From Eubacteriales bacterium (GTDB lineage: Bacteria; Bacillota; Clostridia; Oscillospirales; CAG-272), in the NCBI GenBank assembly GCA_045600005.1, contig JAZRXB010000247.1, positions 51,070 through 115,069 of the forward strand: 64,000 bases of DNA, read 5' to 3'. Positions 25,286 to 35,067 of the stretch are shown here, one piece after another (positions within the stretch are counted from its first letter, which is position 1; every line of letters starts with the position of its first letter). The translations under genes were made by a program, and so were the position numbers. The notes under the pieces were generated by a model. That model saw only the letters and a program-made list of their open reading frames with translations. It searched no databases and had not been told where the DNA came from.

Positions 25286-27628
25286 ATGATTACCAAGATA
25301 GTCAAAAGAGACGGACGGGAAGTCCCGTTTAATATAGAGAAGATCGCCAACGCCATTTTCAAGGCGGCTCAGGCTGTCGGCGGGCGCGATTACAGCATCG
25401 CGCTTGATCTGGCGTGCCAGGTCGCCAATGAGCTGGAAAAGGAGATCGGCGAAAACGGAAAGCCTACCGTGGAGCAGATCCAGGATATGGTCGAAAAGGT
25501 GCTTGTCACCAACGGTCATGCCCGCACCGCAAAGGAATACATCCTGTACCGTGCCGAACGCACCCGCGTCCGCGACATGAACTCGCGTTTAATGAAAACC
25601 TACGAGGACCTGACCTTCAAGTCCGCGAAGGATTCCAACATCAAGCGTGAAAACGCCAACATCAACGGCGACACCGCGATGGGTACGATGCTCAAGTACG
25701 GCTCCGAAGGCGCGAAGCAGTTCTATGAGATGTACGTCCTCGACCCGATGCACGCCAAGGCGCACCATGACGGCGACATCCACATTCACGACCTTGACTT
25801 CCTGACGCTGACCACCACCTGCTGCCAGATCGACATTCTCAGGCTGTTTGAAGGCGGCTTCTCCACCGGACACGGCTTCCTTCGCACGCCGAACGACATC
25901 GCAAGCTATTCGGCGCTCGCCTGCATCGCCATCCAGTCGAACCAGAACGATCAGCACGGCGGACAGAGCATCCCGAACTTCGAGTACGGCATGGCGCCCG
26001 GCGTCAAGAAGACCTATAAAAAGAACTACCGTAAGAATCTCGCCAAGGCGATCGACCTTCTGTGCGGCGACGCCGACGCGGAAAAGACCGTGACCGGACT
26101 GCTCGAAGCGGTCGAAAAAGAAACCGGCATGATCCCGACCCTCGCCGAGAACATTACGTTTGACGAAGCCGTCATCGAAAAGCTCACCGCAGCCTACGGC
26201 GCGGAAAAAGCCGCAAAATTCAGCGCATTCGCCCGCAGATACGCAGTCTCCGAGACCGAGCGCGCCACCTATCAGGCGATGGAAGCGCTGGTCCACAACC
26301 TGAACACCATGCACTCCCGCGCGGGTGCGCAGATCCCGTTCAGCTCGCTGAACTACGGCATGGACACCTCTCCCGAAGGACGTCTGGTCATGAAGAGCAT
26401 TCTGCTTGCGACCGACGCCGGACTCGGCAACGGCGAAACGCCGATCTTCCCGATCCAGATCTTCAAGGTCAAGGAAGGCGTCAACTACAATCCCGGCGAC
26501 CCGAACTACGACCTGTTCAAGCTGGCGTGCCGCGTTTCCGCCAAGCGTCTGTTCCCGAACTTCTCGTTCATCGACGCGCCGTACAACCTCCGTTATTACA
26601 AGGAAGGTCATCCCGAGACCGAAGTCGCGTACATGGGCTGCCGTACCCGCGTGATCGCCAACAACTACGACCCCGCCCGCGAGACGGTTTACGGACGCGG
26701 AAACCTCAGCTTCACGTCGATCAACCTGCCGCGCCTCGGCATCAACGCGAAGGGCAGCGTCGACGTCTTCTTCGAGAGCCTTGACCGCGAGATCGCTCTC
26801 GTCATCGATCAGCTGCTCGACCGCTTCAAGATCCAGAGCGAAAAGACCGTGCGCAACTACCCGTTCCTGATGGGTCAGGGCGTATGGCTCGATTCCGAAA
26901 AGCTCGGCATCGACGACAAGGTGGGCGAGGTGCTCAAGCATGGTACGCTGACCGTCGGCTTTATCGGTCTGGCTGAGTGCCTGAAAGCGCTCATCGGCAA
27001 GCATCACGGCGAATCCGAAGAAGCACAGCAGCTCGGTCTTGAGATCGTCGGCTTCATACGCAGACGCACCGACGAGGCAAGCAAGAAGTACGGTCTGAAC
27101 TTCTCGGTCATCGGCACCCCTGCCGAGGGTCTGTCCGGACGTTTCGTCCGCATCGACAAGAAAAAGTTCGGCGAGCTTCCGGGCATCACCGACCGCGAAT
27201 ATTACACGAACTCCTTCCATATCCCGGTTTACTATGAGATCTCCGCAGCAGACAAGATCCGTCTGGAAGCGCCTTACCACGAGCTGACCAACGGCGGTCA
27301 CATCACCTACGTCGAGCTGGACGGCGATCCGCTTGAAAATCTGGACGCATTTGAATCGGTCATCCGCTGCATGAAGGAAGCGGGCGTCGGCTACGGTTCG
27401 ATCAACCATCCGGTCGACCGCGACCCGGTCTGCGGCTTCACCGGCATCATCGGAAACGAATGCCCCTGCTGCCACCGCACCGAAGCGGACGGAAAGGGCA
27501 AGTTTGAGCGCATCCGCCGCATCACCGGTTATCTGGTCGGCACGCTCGACAGCTTCAACGACGCAAAGCGCGCCGAGGTCGAAGACCGCGTGAAGCATTC
27601 GGTCAGAACGCAGCTTGATGAGCTTTAA
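25286..27628 (+). CDS. nrdD: anaerobic ribonucleoside-triphosphate reductase (class III)
   Basis: N-terminal ATP-cone (ITKIVKRDGREVPFNIEKI), a C-terminal Zn ribbon (CGFTGIIGNECPCC) and the glycyl-radical motif RRITGYLVG. Confidence 0.95.
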   Translation: MITKIVKRDGREVPFNIEKIANAIFKAAQAVGGRDYSIALDLACQVANELEKEIGENGKPTVEQIQDMVEKVLVTNGHARTAKEYILYRAERTRVRDMNSRLMKTYEDLTFKSAKDSNIKRENANINGDTAMGTMLKYGSEGAKQFYEMYVLDPMHAKAHHDGDIHIHDLDFLTLTTTCCQIDILRLFEGGFSTGHGFLRTPNDIASYSALACIAIQSNQNDQHGGQSIPNFEYGMAPGVKKTYKKNYRKNLAKAIDLLCGDADAEKTVTGLLEAVEKETGMIPTLAENITFDEAVIEKLTAAYGAEKAAKFSAFARRYAVSETERATYQAMEALVHNLNTMHSRAGAQIPFSSLNYGMDTSPEGRLVMKSILLATDAGLGNGETPIFPIQIFKVKEGVNYNPGDPNYDLFKLACRVSAKRLFPNFSFIDAPYNLRYYKEGHPETEVAYMGCRTRVIANNYDPARETVYGRGNLSFTSINLPRLGINAKGSVDVFFESLDREIALVIDQLLDRFKIQSEKTVRNYPFLMGQGVWLDSEKLGIDDKVGEVLKHGTLTVGFIGLAECLKALIGKHHGESEEAQQLGLEIVGFIRRRTDEASKKYGLNFSVIGTPAEGLSGRFVRIDKKKFGELPGITDREYYTNSFHIPVYYEISAADKIRLEAPYHELTNGGHITYVELDGDPLENLDAFESVIRCMKEAGVGYGSINHPVDRDPVCGFTGIIGNECPCCHRTEADGKGKFERIRRITGYLVGTLDSFNDAKRAEVEDRVKHSVRTQLDEL

Positions 27629-27641
27629 TGAAAAGCACCGC

Positions 27642-27673
27642 GGCGCGGGACGAAAGTCCCGCGCCGTTTTCTT
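27642..27673 (+). terminator. rho-independent terminator of nrdD
   Basis: GGCGCGGGAC-GAAA-GTCCCGCGCC followed by GTTTTCTT. Confidence 0.8.
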
Positions 27674-27706
27674 CTGTCCGGAAAAGTCGGAGGACTCGCA
27701 TATGAC

Positions 27707-27756
27707 GCATCTCGCAGGATGAATCCACAGAGCTGTGGATTCATCCTGCGAGATGC
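27707..27756. repeat. 23-bp perfect inverted repeat (hairpin or cruciform)
   Basis: GCATCTCGCAGGATGAATCCACA-GAGC-TGTGGATTCATCCTGCGAGATGC. No T-tract follows. It lies between the nrdD terminator and the fucosidase promoter. Confidence 0.9.
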
Positions 27757-27835
27757 CGGAAAGTCGTCTGTGAAGCCTGACGACGGTGAAAAACAGGAAA
27801 AACTCGGTAAAAAAGCGGAAAAGCGCCGAACGCTC

Positions 27836-27864
27836 TTGCAAAACAGCGGAAAATATGATATACT
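27836..27864 (+). promoter_or_regulatory. sigma-A-type promoter, TTGCAA-17-TATACT
   Basis: TTGCAA at 27836-27841 and TATACT at 27859-27864, upstream of the GH29 gene. Confidence 0.55.
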
Positions 27865-27929
27865 GACGGCAGGATCCGGCAATGCAGGACTGTGCCGGCA
27901 GACTGATACGGAAAGGCAGACGCTTGATC

Positions 27930-29228
27930 ATGTTTTACGAAAACAACTGGGAATCGCTGAACAGCCGCCCCGTTCCGGCGTGGTTCGGAGAGGCGAAATT
28001 CGGCATCTTCATCCATTGGGGAATCTATTCGGTCCCGGCTTTTACGAAGCGGGGACGCTATGCGGAATGGTACGGCAGACATCTGGAGGATCCGGCGTCG
28101 GAGGACCGCGCGTTCCATGACCGTGTGTACGGTCCGAAAACGGCGTATGCGGATCTGGTGCGGGATTTCAGAGCCGAGCTGTTCGACGCGGACGAGTGGG
28201 CGGAGCTGTTCCGTGACAGCGGCGCGAAGTATATGAACCTCGTGTCGAAGCATCACGACGGGTTCTGTATGTATCAGACGGATCTCATGCCCTACTGGAA
28301 TTCGGTGGACGTCGGACCGCACCGCGATTTTGCCGCGGAGCTGAAAGCCGCCTGCGAAAAGACCGATGTGCGCTTCGGCGTGTATCATTCGGTCTATGAG
28401 TGGTGGAATCCGATCTACCGCCGCGACCCGGAGGAGTACGCATTGAAGCACCTGATCCCGATGCTGAAAGAGCTGGTCGAGCGGTATCAGCCGAACACGC
28501 TGTTCACCGACGGCGAATGGGATCAGCCAAGCTCCGTGTGGCATTCGACCGAATTCCTGCAATGGCTTTACAACGAATCGTCCGTGCGCGATTTCATCGT
28601 TCCGAACGACCGCTGGGGCAAGGAGACACGCGGCGCGCTGGGCGGAAACTTCACGACCGAATACGGAAACATCGGCAATGGGCGGACGCTGGCGGACGTT
28701 CCCGATCACCGTCCGTTTGAGGAATGCCGCGGCATCGGACGTTCCTTCGGCTTCAACCGCGCGGAAAAGGCTGAGGATTATGAGAGCGTCGGCAGTCTTC
28801 TGAAACTGCTCTGCTCGCTGGTGTCAAAGGGCGGCAATCTGCTGTTGAACATCGGACCTGCGGCAGACGGCACGATCCCCGTGGTCATGCAGGAGCGGCT
28901 GCTCGGCATGGGACAGTGGCTGAAAGTGAACGGCGAAGCGATCTACGGCTCGGAGGTTTACACCCGTGAGGATACCGGAGACGTTTACTATACCCGTCAG
29001 CGCGGCTCGGACGGGAAGGATACGATCTATGCCATCACGTCGGAATATCCGGCGGGACGGCACAGCTTCCCCGCCATCCCGTACAGCGAGGGGAAAAAGG
29101 TATCCCTGCTCGGCTGCGGCGCGCCGGTGAAGGTCTGGAACGACAACGGAGCGCTCGGCGTGGAGGCGCCGTTCGTGATCCCATCGGAGCTTGGCTGCAC
29201 CGACCTTTACACGTTCCGAGTGGAATGA
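27930..29228 (+). CDS. alpha-L-fucosidase, GH29
   Basis: AKFGIFIHWGIYSVPA and KYMNLVSKHHDGFCMY are the GH29 N-terminal signatures. No signal peptide. Confidence 0.9.
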   Translation: MFYENNWESLNSRPVPAWFGEAKFGIFIHWGIYSVPAFTKRGRYAEWYGRHLEDPASEDRAFHDRVYGPKTAYADLVRDFRAELFDADEWAELFRDSGAKYMNLVSKHHDGFCMYQTDLMPYWNSVDVGPHRDFAAELKAACEKTDVRFGVYHSVYEWWNPIYRRDPEEYALKHLIPMLKELVERYQPNTLFTDGEWDQPSSVWHSTEFLQWLYNESSVRDFIVPNDRWGKETRGALGGNFTTEYGNIGNGRTLADVPDHRPFEECRGIGRSFGFNRAEKAEDYESVGSLLKLLCSLVSKGGNLLLNIGPAADGTIPVVMQERLLGMGQWLKVNGEAIYGSEVYTREDTGDVYYTRQRGSDGKDTIYAITSEYPAGRHSFPAIPYSEGKKVSLLGCGAPVKVWNDNGALGVEAPFVIPSELGCTDLYTFRVE

Positions 29229-29298
29229 ACTTCGCATTGCATGAAGAAAACAGGACCCGCTTTGCTGAAAGCGGGAAGCATATTGGGGAGGAACACCG

Positions 29299-30795
29299 AT
29301 GAATATTCGCATTGACGCAGAAAAAGCGGTCAGACCGCTTCATAATTTCTGGAACCACATCCATTTTCATCCGACCGACGCGATCGAGGACGACTGGGGA
29401 CGCCGGATCCTCGATCAGGTCGCAGCCGATCACGCCGCGATCACCGTTCGGATGTACACCATGATGGAGGATATCGTCTCGATGGACGCGGACGGTCGGC
29501 TCCATTATGATTTCACGCTCAACGACACCCGCATCGACTATATGCTCGAAAAGGGCTTCCGTCTGCTGCTGTCCTACAACTTCATTCCGCCCTGCATCGC
29601 AGCGAAGGACGATGAGGTCAGCGTCGTCGCCAAGAACGGGACCCGCTATAAGGGCAAGTTCATCGTCACCGCGCCGCCGAAGGACTATAAGCTGTGGGAA
29701 GAGATCTGCTATCAGTATACGAAGCACATCGTGGAGCGCTACGGGCTTGACGAGGTGAAGAACTGGTTCCTCGGCTGCTTCAACGAGCCGGACTGCACGA
29801 GCTTCTGGATGAAGGACGAGAAAAATCTCGAAGTCCGCGCCGCCGAATACTGTAAGCTGTACGACGCCTTTGAAGCGGGTCTTCGCCGCGTGGACACGGG
29901 GCTGTGCATCGGCGGACCGGTCGTTTCGGGCAATATGCCGTTCCTTGAACTGTTCTTGAAGCATACCAGCGAGACCGGAAAACAGCTCTCGTTCCTGTCG
30001 TTCCACACCTACGGCACGAATCCGTTCAGGATCAACAGCGGCGAGAAGCCGATCTGCGTGCAGAACACCGTCCCGATCGTCGAGGAAACGCGCAGACTGG
30101 CGGTGAAGTACGGCTATGAGGACACGCCGCTGGTCATCGACGAGTGGGGCGCTTCGTCGCACGGCTTCTACAACATCGAGGAATGCCCGGTCTTCCTGTT
30201 CCGCGAGAACGAGATCTACTCGGCTTATTACGCAAAGCTCATCGCAAAGTATGTCGAGATGGATCTGCCGATCGACCGCATGATGATCTGTCTGTCCGGT
30301 CAGCACGAGATGAAGGTGGACTTCTCCGGCTTCCGCAACTTCTTCACGCTGAATTTCTACCGCAAGCCGATCTACAATGCGTACTGTCTCGGCGCGAAGC
30401 TCGGCGATACGCTTCTGCCGGCGGAGGGAAAGACCGGCGAGGAGCTTTCGATCCTGCCGACCCGTTCGGCGGACGGACGGATCAGCGTGATGCTCGCCTA
30501 TGCGTCGGAGCATTTCGACGAAGCGCTCGCGGACCTCGACGTTTCGCTGGAGATCGCCGGTCTGAACGGGACCTATCGGAAGGTCGTTTCGGTCATTGAC
30601 AGGACCCGTTCCAACGCGATCGACCGTTATTACGAGCTTGGTTCTCCCGACACGCCGAACGAAGAACAGATCGCGCAGATCCGCCGCGCCGGCGAGATCG
30701 TCAGCGAGGAGAGCGTCTGTCGCGCAGGCGAGAAGCTGAACGTCACGATGACGAACAACGGGACGGTTCTGGTCGAGCTGATCCCGGTCGCGTAA
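29299..30795 (+). CDS. clan GH-A glycoside hydrolase, GH39-like
   Basis: LGCFNEPD (acid/base Glu of the NEP motif) and LVIDEWGAS (nucleophile Glu). The size and layout look like GH39. No signal peptide. Confidence 0.55.
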   Translation: MNIRIDAEKAVRPLHNFWNHIHFHPTDAIEDDWGRRILDQVAADHAAITVRMYTMMEDIVSMDADGRLHYDFTLNDTRIDYMLEKGFRLLLSYNFIPPCIAAKDDEVSVVAKNGTRYKGKFIVTAPPKDYKLWEEICYQYTKHIVERYGLDEVKNWFLGCFNEPDCTSFWMKDEKNLEVRAAEYCKLYDAFEAGLRRVDTGLCIGGPVVSGNMPFLELFLKHTSETGKQLSFLSFHTYGTNPFRINSGEKPICVQNTVPIVEETRRLAVKYGYEDTPLVIDEWGASSHGFYNIEECPVFLFRENEIYSAYYAKLIAKYVEMDLPIDRMMICLSGQHEMKVDFSGFRNFFTLNFYRKPIYNAYCLGAKLGDTLLPAEGKTGEELSILPTRSADGRISVMLAYASEHFDEALADLDVSLEIAGLNGTYRKVVSVIDRTRSNAIDRYYELGSPDTPNEEQIAQIRRAGEIVSEESVCRAGEKLNVTMTNNGTVLVELIPVA

Positions 30796-30811
30796 GGCTT
30801 TTCAAACGAAG

Positions 30812-30897
30812 TCCCCTGCCGCGCAGGATATCCCCGTCGGGCAGAGTTCCCGGCGGGGATATCCTGCGCTGCGTGGGATTTCCCGCGCGGCAGGGGA
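30812..30897 (+). other. GC-rich three-way structured element: a 9-bp outer stem enclosing a 21-bp hairpin and a 7-bp hairpin
   Basis: The large hairpin at 30821-30869 has 16 perfect bp plus 5 more (one is T.G). The second hairpin is at 30871-30888. The outer stem pairs 30812-30820 with 30889-30897. The T.G positions pair only in the plus-strand RNA. Confidence 0.7.
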
Positions 30898-30945
30898 AAT
30901 GCACGGAAAACAGAACGGTTTTTTCAGGATTTTTCCGAAAAGCTC

Positions 30946-30974
30946 TTGCATTTTTTTCGCGGATATGCTATACT
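30946..30974 (+). promoter_or_regulatory. sigma-A-type promoter, TTGCAT-17-TATACT, driving the pheS T-box leader
   Basis: TTGCAT at 30946-30951 and TATACT at 30969-30974. Confidence 0.6.
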
Positions 30975-31285
30975 GAATAAAGAATGTGATGATGGAGTCT
31001 GCCTGCCGACAGAACGGAAACCAGAGAGAGCCGACGCACCCCGTGTGCGGCTGAGAGCGGCTTTTCCGCGGCTCGGAGAGGGCGTTTCGCTCCGGAACAG
31101 CGACGGTGAACAGGAACGACCGGTTCGGTAGCCGCCGACGCCCGACCTGCGTTAAAGGGTCGCCGAGTGTATTGCTCAGGCGAATGCAGCTTGTGCGATA
31201 AATTAAGGTGGTACCGCGCAGCGGGTCATGAAAATGACGTCGTTTCGTCCTTAATCCGAGGGATGGAACGGCTTTTTATTTTGCG
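30975..31285 (+). promoter_or_regulatory. T-box leader (tRNA-sensing riboswitch), presumably Phe-specific
   Basis: AGAGAG at about 31023. The T-box sequence AATTAAGGTGGTACCGCG is at 31201-31218. The terminator stem CGTTTCGTCC / GGATGGAACG (2 G.U pairs) is followed by GCTTTTTATTTT at 31271-31282. A UUC at 31124-31126 is the candidate specifier (tentative). Confidence 0.8.
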
Positions 31286-31326
31286 GTCAAACACGATGCG
31301 ATCAAACACGAAAGGACAGAATAGAC

Positions 31327-32340
31327 ATGAAAGAAAAACTCGAACAGATCCGTGTCTCGGCGTGTGCCGAGCTTGAAAAGACGGATGCCGATCTTGAAGC
31401 GATCCGGATCCGCTTTCTCGGCAAAAAAGGAGAGCTGACCGCCGTCCTGCGCGGCATGGGACAGCTTTCCGCCGAGGAGCGTCCGGTGATCGGTCAGCTC
31501 GCCAACGAGGTCCGCGCCTTCATCGAAAACGCCATCGCCGAAAAAGCGGAGGAAGCGAAGAAGAACGCGCTCGCCAATAAGCTGAGGGAAGAACGTCTCG
31601 ACGTCACCATGCCCGGCAAGGCTCCCGCACTGGGCAAGCGTCATCCGCTCGCACAGGTCCAGAAGGAGATGGAGGACATCTTCGTCGGCATGGGCTTCGG
31701 CATCGTCGACGGTCCCGAAGTGGAGTATGATTACTACAACTTCCAGGCGCTGAACATCCCCGAAAACCATCCGGCGCGCGACACGCAGGACACCTTCTAT
31801 ATCACCGAAAACATTCTGCTCCGCTCGCAGACCTCGCCGGTGCAGGTCCGCACGATGGAAAAGCAGAAGCCTCCGATCCGCATCATCTCGCCCGGCCGTG
31901 TCTACCGTTCCGACGCGGTGGACGCTTCCCATTCGCCGCTGTTCCATCAGCACGAAGGTCTGGTCGTGGACAAGGGCATCACGATGGGCGACCTGAAAGG
32001 CACGCTTGAGACCTTTGCCAAGACGATGTTCGGCGAAGCGACCCGGATCCGGTTCCGTCCGCACCACTTCCCGTTCACCGAGCCGTCCGCCGAAGTTGAC
32101 GTTTCCTGCTTCGTCTGCGGCGGCAAGGGCTGCAGACTCTGCAAGGGAGAGGGCTGGATCGAGATCCTCGGCGCGGGCATGGTCCATCCGAACGTGCTTC
32201 GCGGCTGCGGCATCGACCCGGACGTTTACAGCGGCTTCGCTTTCGGCATGGGCATCGAGCGCGTCACGATGATCAGGTACGGCATCGACGATATGCGCTA
32301 TCTGTACGAAAACGACGTCCGTTTCCTCGATCAGTTCTGA
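31327..32340 (+). CDS. pheS: phenylalanine--tRNA ligase alpha subunit
   Basis: [30 protein letters not shown] and [16 protein letters not shown] are class II motifs characteristic of PheS. Confidence 0.97.
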   Translation: MKEKLEQIRVSACAELEKTDADLEAIRIRFLGKKGELTAVLRGMGQLSAEERPVIGQLANEVRAFIENAIAEKAEEAKKNALANKLREERLDVTMPGKAPALGKRHPLAQVQKEMEDIFVGMGFGIVDGPEVEYDYYNFQALNIPENHPARDTQDTFYITENILLRSQTSPVQVRTMEKQKPPIRIISPGRVYRSDAVDASHSPLFHQHEGLVVDKGITMGDLKGTLETFAKTMFGEATRIRFRPHHFPFTEPSAEVDVSCFVCGGKGCRLCKGEGWIEILGAGMVHPNVLRGCGIDPDVYSGFAFGMGIERVTMIRYGIDDMRYLYENDVRFLDQF

Positions 32341-32366
32341 TTCCCGTTCCGAAAGGAGAAAACGCC

Positions 32367-33608
32367 ATGCAGGATTGGTTCACGAAGGAGCATTTCGGAC
32401 TTTTCATCCACTGGGGCATTTATTCGCAGCTCGGACACGGCGAATGGGCGCGGTTCGGCGACGACCGGTACATTGACCCGGGCGAGTTCGATCCGAAGCG
32501 CTTTGACCCGGATGAATGGGCGGCGCTCGCGTGGGACGCGGGAATGCGCTACGTCGTTTTCACGACCAAGCATCACGACGGCTTCTGCATGTTCGACAGT
32601 CACTACACCGATTACAAGGTGACGAACACTCCGTTCGGGAAGGACGCGGCCCGCATGGTCGTCGAAGCGTTCCGAAAACGCGGCTTCCGCATCGGTCTGT
32701 ATCACAGCATCATCGACTGGCATCATCCGCATTACCGTCCCGACCGCAATCATCCCGCCGGAAGAAACGGCGAGACCGATTTCCCCGGCGTGAAGGACGA
32801 GCTTTACCGCGAATACCTGTACAACTCGGTCGAACAGCTCATGACCGAATACGGGAAGATCGACATTCTGTTCTGGGACTACTGCACGCAGTGGAAAACG
32901 CCGGAATATTTCGACCCCGAACGGCTTTTTGCCATGATCCGCCGTCATCAGCCTGACATTCTCATCAACGACCGCATGACCTTCGACCGCAACACGGATT
33001 TCCGCTGGACGGGCGATTACCGAACGCCCGAATGCGCCGTTCCGAACAGCCCGCCGTCCCGATACTGGGAAACCTGCGTCAGCGCGACGGCAAGCTGGGG
33101 TTATACCGTCAGCGATACGACGCGCAAGGACGTGCTCGGTTTCACCGCCGGACTGATGGCGTGCATCGCCAAAGGCGGCAATCTGCTGGTCAACTGCGCG
33201 CCTGACGGAGACGGCGTGCTGATCCCGAACAGCGCCGCGCTGCTTAAAGACCTCGCCGCATGGCACCGCGTCAACGGCGAAGCGATCCACGGCACGCACA
33301 AAGCCGAGGTCGAAGCGCCGTTCATGCACTGCATGACCCAGCGCGGAAAGTATCTGTATCTCTATATCCCCTTCGAGCCGATGGGACACATCCTGCTGCC
33401 CGGACTGCGCGGACGCTGCGAAAAAGCGATCCTGCTGCGGACGGGCGAGGAATGCCGGATGCGTCACTGGGGTCTGGAGGATTCACCGCCGGACGAATAC
33501 CGTCTGACGCCGGGAGCCGGGCAGTTAAAGCCGGGCGACGTCGTGCGCATCGAGCTGTGCGACGCTCCCGCCGTCGACGATGAGCTTTCGACCGGAGAAA
33601 TGAAATAA
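32367..33608 (+). CDS. alpha-L-fucosidase, GH29 (second, divergent copy)
   Basis: EHFGLFIHWGIYSQLG and RYVVFTTKHHDGFCMFDS. It starts 26 nt after the pheS stop. Confidence 0.88.
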   Translation: MQDWFTKEHFGLFIHWGIYSQLGHGEWARFGDDRYIDPGEFDPKRFDPDEWAALAWDAGMRYVVFTTKHHDGFCMFDSHYTDYKVTNTPFGKDAARMVVEAFRKRGFRIGLYHSIIDWHHPHYRPDRNHPAGRNGETDFPGVKDELYREYLYNSVEQLMTEYGKIDILFWDYCTQWKTPEYFDPERLFAMIRRHQPDILINDRMTFDRNTDFRWTGDYRTPECAVPNSPPSRYWETCVSATASWGYTVSDTTRKDVLGFTAGLMACIAKGGNLLVNCAPDGDGVLIPNSAALLKDLAAWHRVNGEAIHGTHKAEVEAPFMHCMTQRGKYLYLYIPFEPMGHILLPGLRGRCEKAILLRTGEECRMRHWGLEDSPPDEYRLTPGAGQLKPGDVVRIELCDAPAVDDELSTGEMK

Positions 33609-33697
33609 AAAACCGGCGAGGACCGGACGTCTCATGCCGAAAGGCATAGAAAGGATGCAGCCGCCGCAGGATTCTGCGGGACTGCGGGGATTCAGCC

Positions 33698-34258
33698 ATG
33701 TTTGTTATCGGAATTGCGGGCGGTACCTGCTCCGGCAAGACCACCCTTACGAACAGCCTTGAGGAAGCCTTCACTGCCGACGGTCTGAAAGTGACCGCCA
33801 TCCATATGGACAAATTCTTCAAGAAGCCGACGCCCAACACCATCGCGCCGATCACCGGGATCGAGTATCCCGAACACAATCATCCGGATTCCTTTAAGCT
33901 GGATGAGTTCTACGCCGCCATCGATGAGGCGAAGGCTTCGGACGCGGACGTGGTGATCGTGGAAGGTCTGCTCGTTCTGTACCTCGAACGGGTGCGCAGC
34001 GCGCTCGACTTAAAGCTGTTTGTCGACCTTCTGAGCGACGAGCGCATCGTGCGCCGGATCAAGCGCTTCATGCGCGACCGCGGGCAGACGCTCGACGAGG
34101 TTGCCGTCCGCTACCTCGACACCGTTCGCTACCGCCACAACGAATTCGTCGAGCCGTCCCGCTGGCACGCCGATCTGGTCATCAACGGTTCGGCTGACCT
34201 TGCGCGTTCGACGAAGCTGATCGGACGCATCGTCAAAGCGGAGCTGGCCGGAAAATGA
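33698..34258 (+). CDS. uridine-kinase/PRK-family P-loop kinase
   Basis: VIGIAGGTCSGKTT Walker A, VIVEGLL, and the DERIVRRIKRFMRDRG block, like Udk. Confidence 0.65.
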   Translation: MFVIGIAGGTCSGKTTLTNSLEEAFTADGLKVTAIHMDKFFKKPTPNTIAPITGIEYPEHNHPDSFKLDEFYAAIDEAKASDADVVIVEGLLVLYLERVRSALDLKLFVDLLSDERIVRRIKRFMRDRGQTLDEVAVRYLDTVRYRHNEFVEPSRWHADLVINGSADLARSTKLIGRIVKAELAGK

Positions 34259-35034
34259 GCTTGAAAATCCACATCTTCGGCAGCGATTCCGGCACCGAGC
34301 CGATGCCGGGACGCCACCACACCTCGTGGGCGCTCGAATACAGCGACCGGCTGTATTGGTTCGACGCAGGCGAGACCTGCTCCTATACCGCGCATCTGAT
34401 GGGGCTTGACCTGTTAAAGATCCGCACGGTCTGCATTTCCCATCCCCATATCGATCATGTCGGCGGGCTTGCCAACCTGTTCTCGGTCATACGCAAGCTG
34501 ACGTGGGTGAAGAAATGTCTTCCCGAAAACGAGATCGGGGTGTTTGTCCCGGAGCTTTCGCTCTGGAACGCCGTTCTGACCATTCTGTGCGGTTCGGACG
34601 GCAGTCTTGACCGCAGCTTTGCCACCCGTGCGAGCGAGATCGAACGCGACGGCGTGATCTTTGACGGGGACGGCGTGACCATCGAGACGCTGCATAACCT
34701 GCATCTCGGCGTGACCGACCCGTGGCGTTCGTACAGCTTCCGCATCCGCGCGGACGGGAAGACCATCGTCTTTACCGGCGACATCAAAAGCTCCGAGGAC
34801 GTCGACCGCTTCCTGCGGGAAGGCTGCGACCTGCTTCTGACCGAGACCGGTCATCACGCGCCCGACGCCATGCCGCGTTATATCAGAGAACACGGTTATC
34901 TGGTCGGTCAGATCGCCTATGTGCATCACGGACGGAAGATCTTAAATGAGCCGGCGGAATCCGAAAGACTGATCCGGGAAGCGTGGGACAGACCGTTTGA
35001 AATCTGCCATGACGCGCAGACGATCGAATTATAA
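34255..35034 (+). CDS. MBL-fold metallo-hydrolase
   Basis: ISHPHIDHVGG (HxHxDH), plus later His and Asp ligands (TETGHH). Its start overlaps the upstream stop (ATGA). Confidence 0.8.
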   Translation: MSLKIHIFGSDSGTEPMPGRHHTSWALEYSDRLYWFDAGETCSYTAHLMGLDLLKIRTVCISHPHIDHVGGLANLFSVIRKLTWVKKCLPENEIGVFVPELSLWNAVLTILCGSDGSLDRSFATRASEIERDGVIFDGDGVTIETLHNLHLGVTDPWRSYSFRIRADGKTIVFTGDIKSSEDVDRFLREGCDLLLTETGHHAPDAMPRYIREHGYLVGQIAYVHHGRKILNEPAESERLIREAWDRPFEICHDAQTIEL

Positions 35035-35067
35035 CGATACCAAAGCAAATGGAAAGGAAGTAACTCC

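Noticed and set aside
27625-28120. ORFs 27625-27882 (-) and 27719-28120 (+), which share MNPQ(L/S)CGFILRDA.
   Set aside because: The mirrored peptides arise from reading the 23-bp perfect palindrome on both strands. The real GH29 start is 27930.
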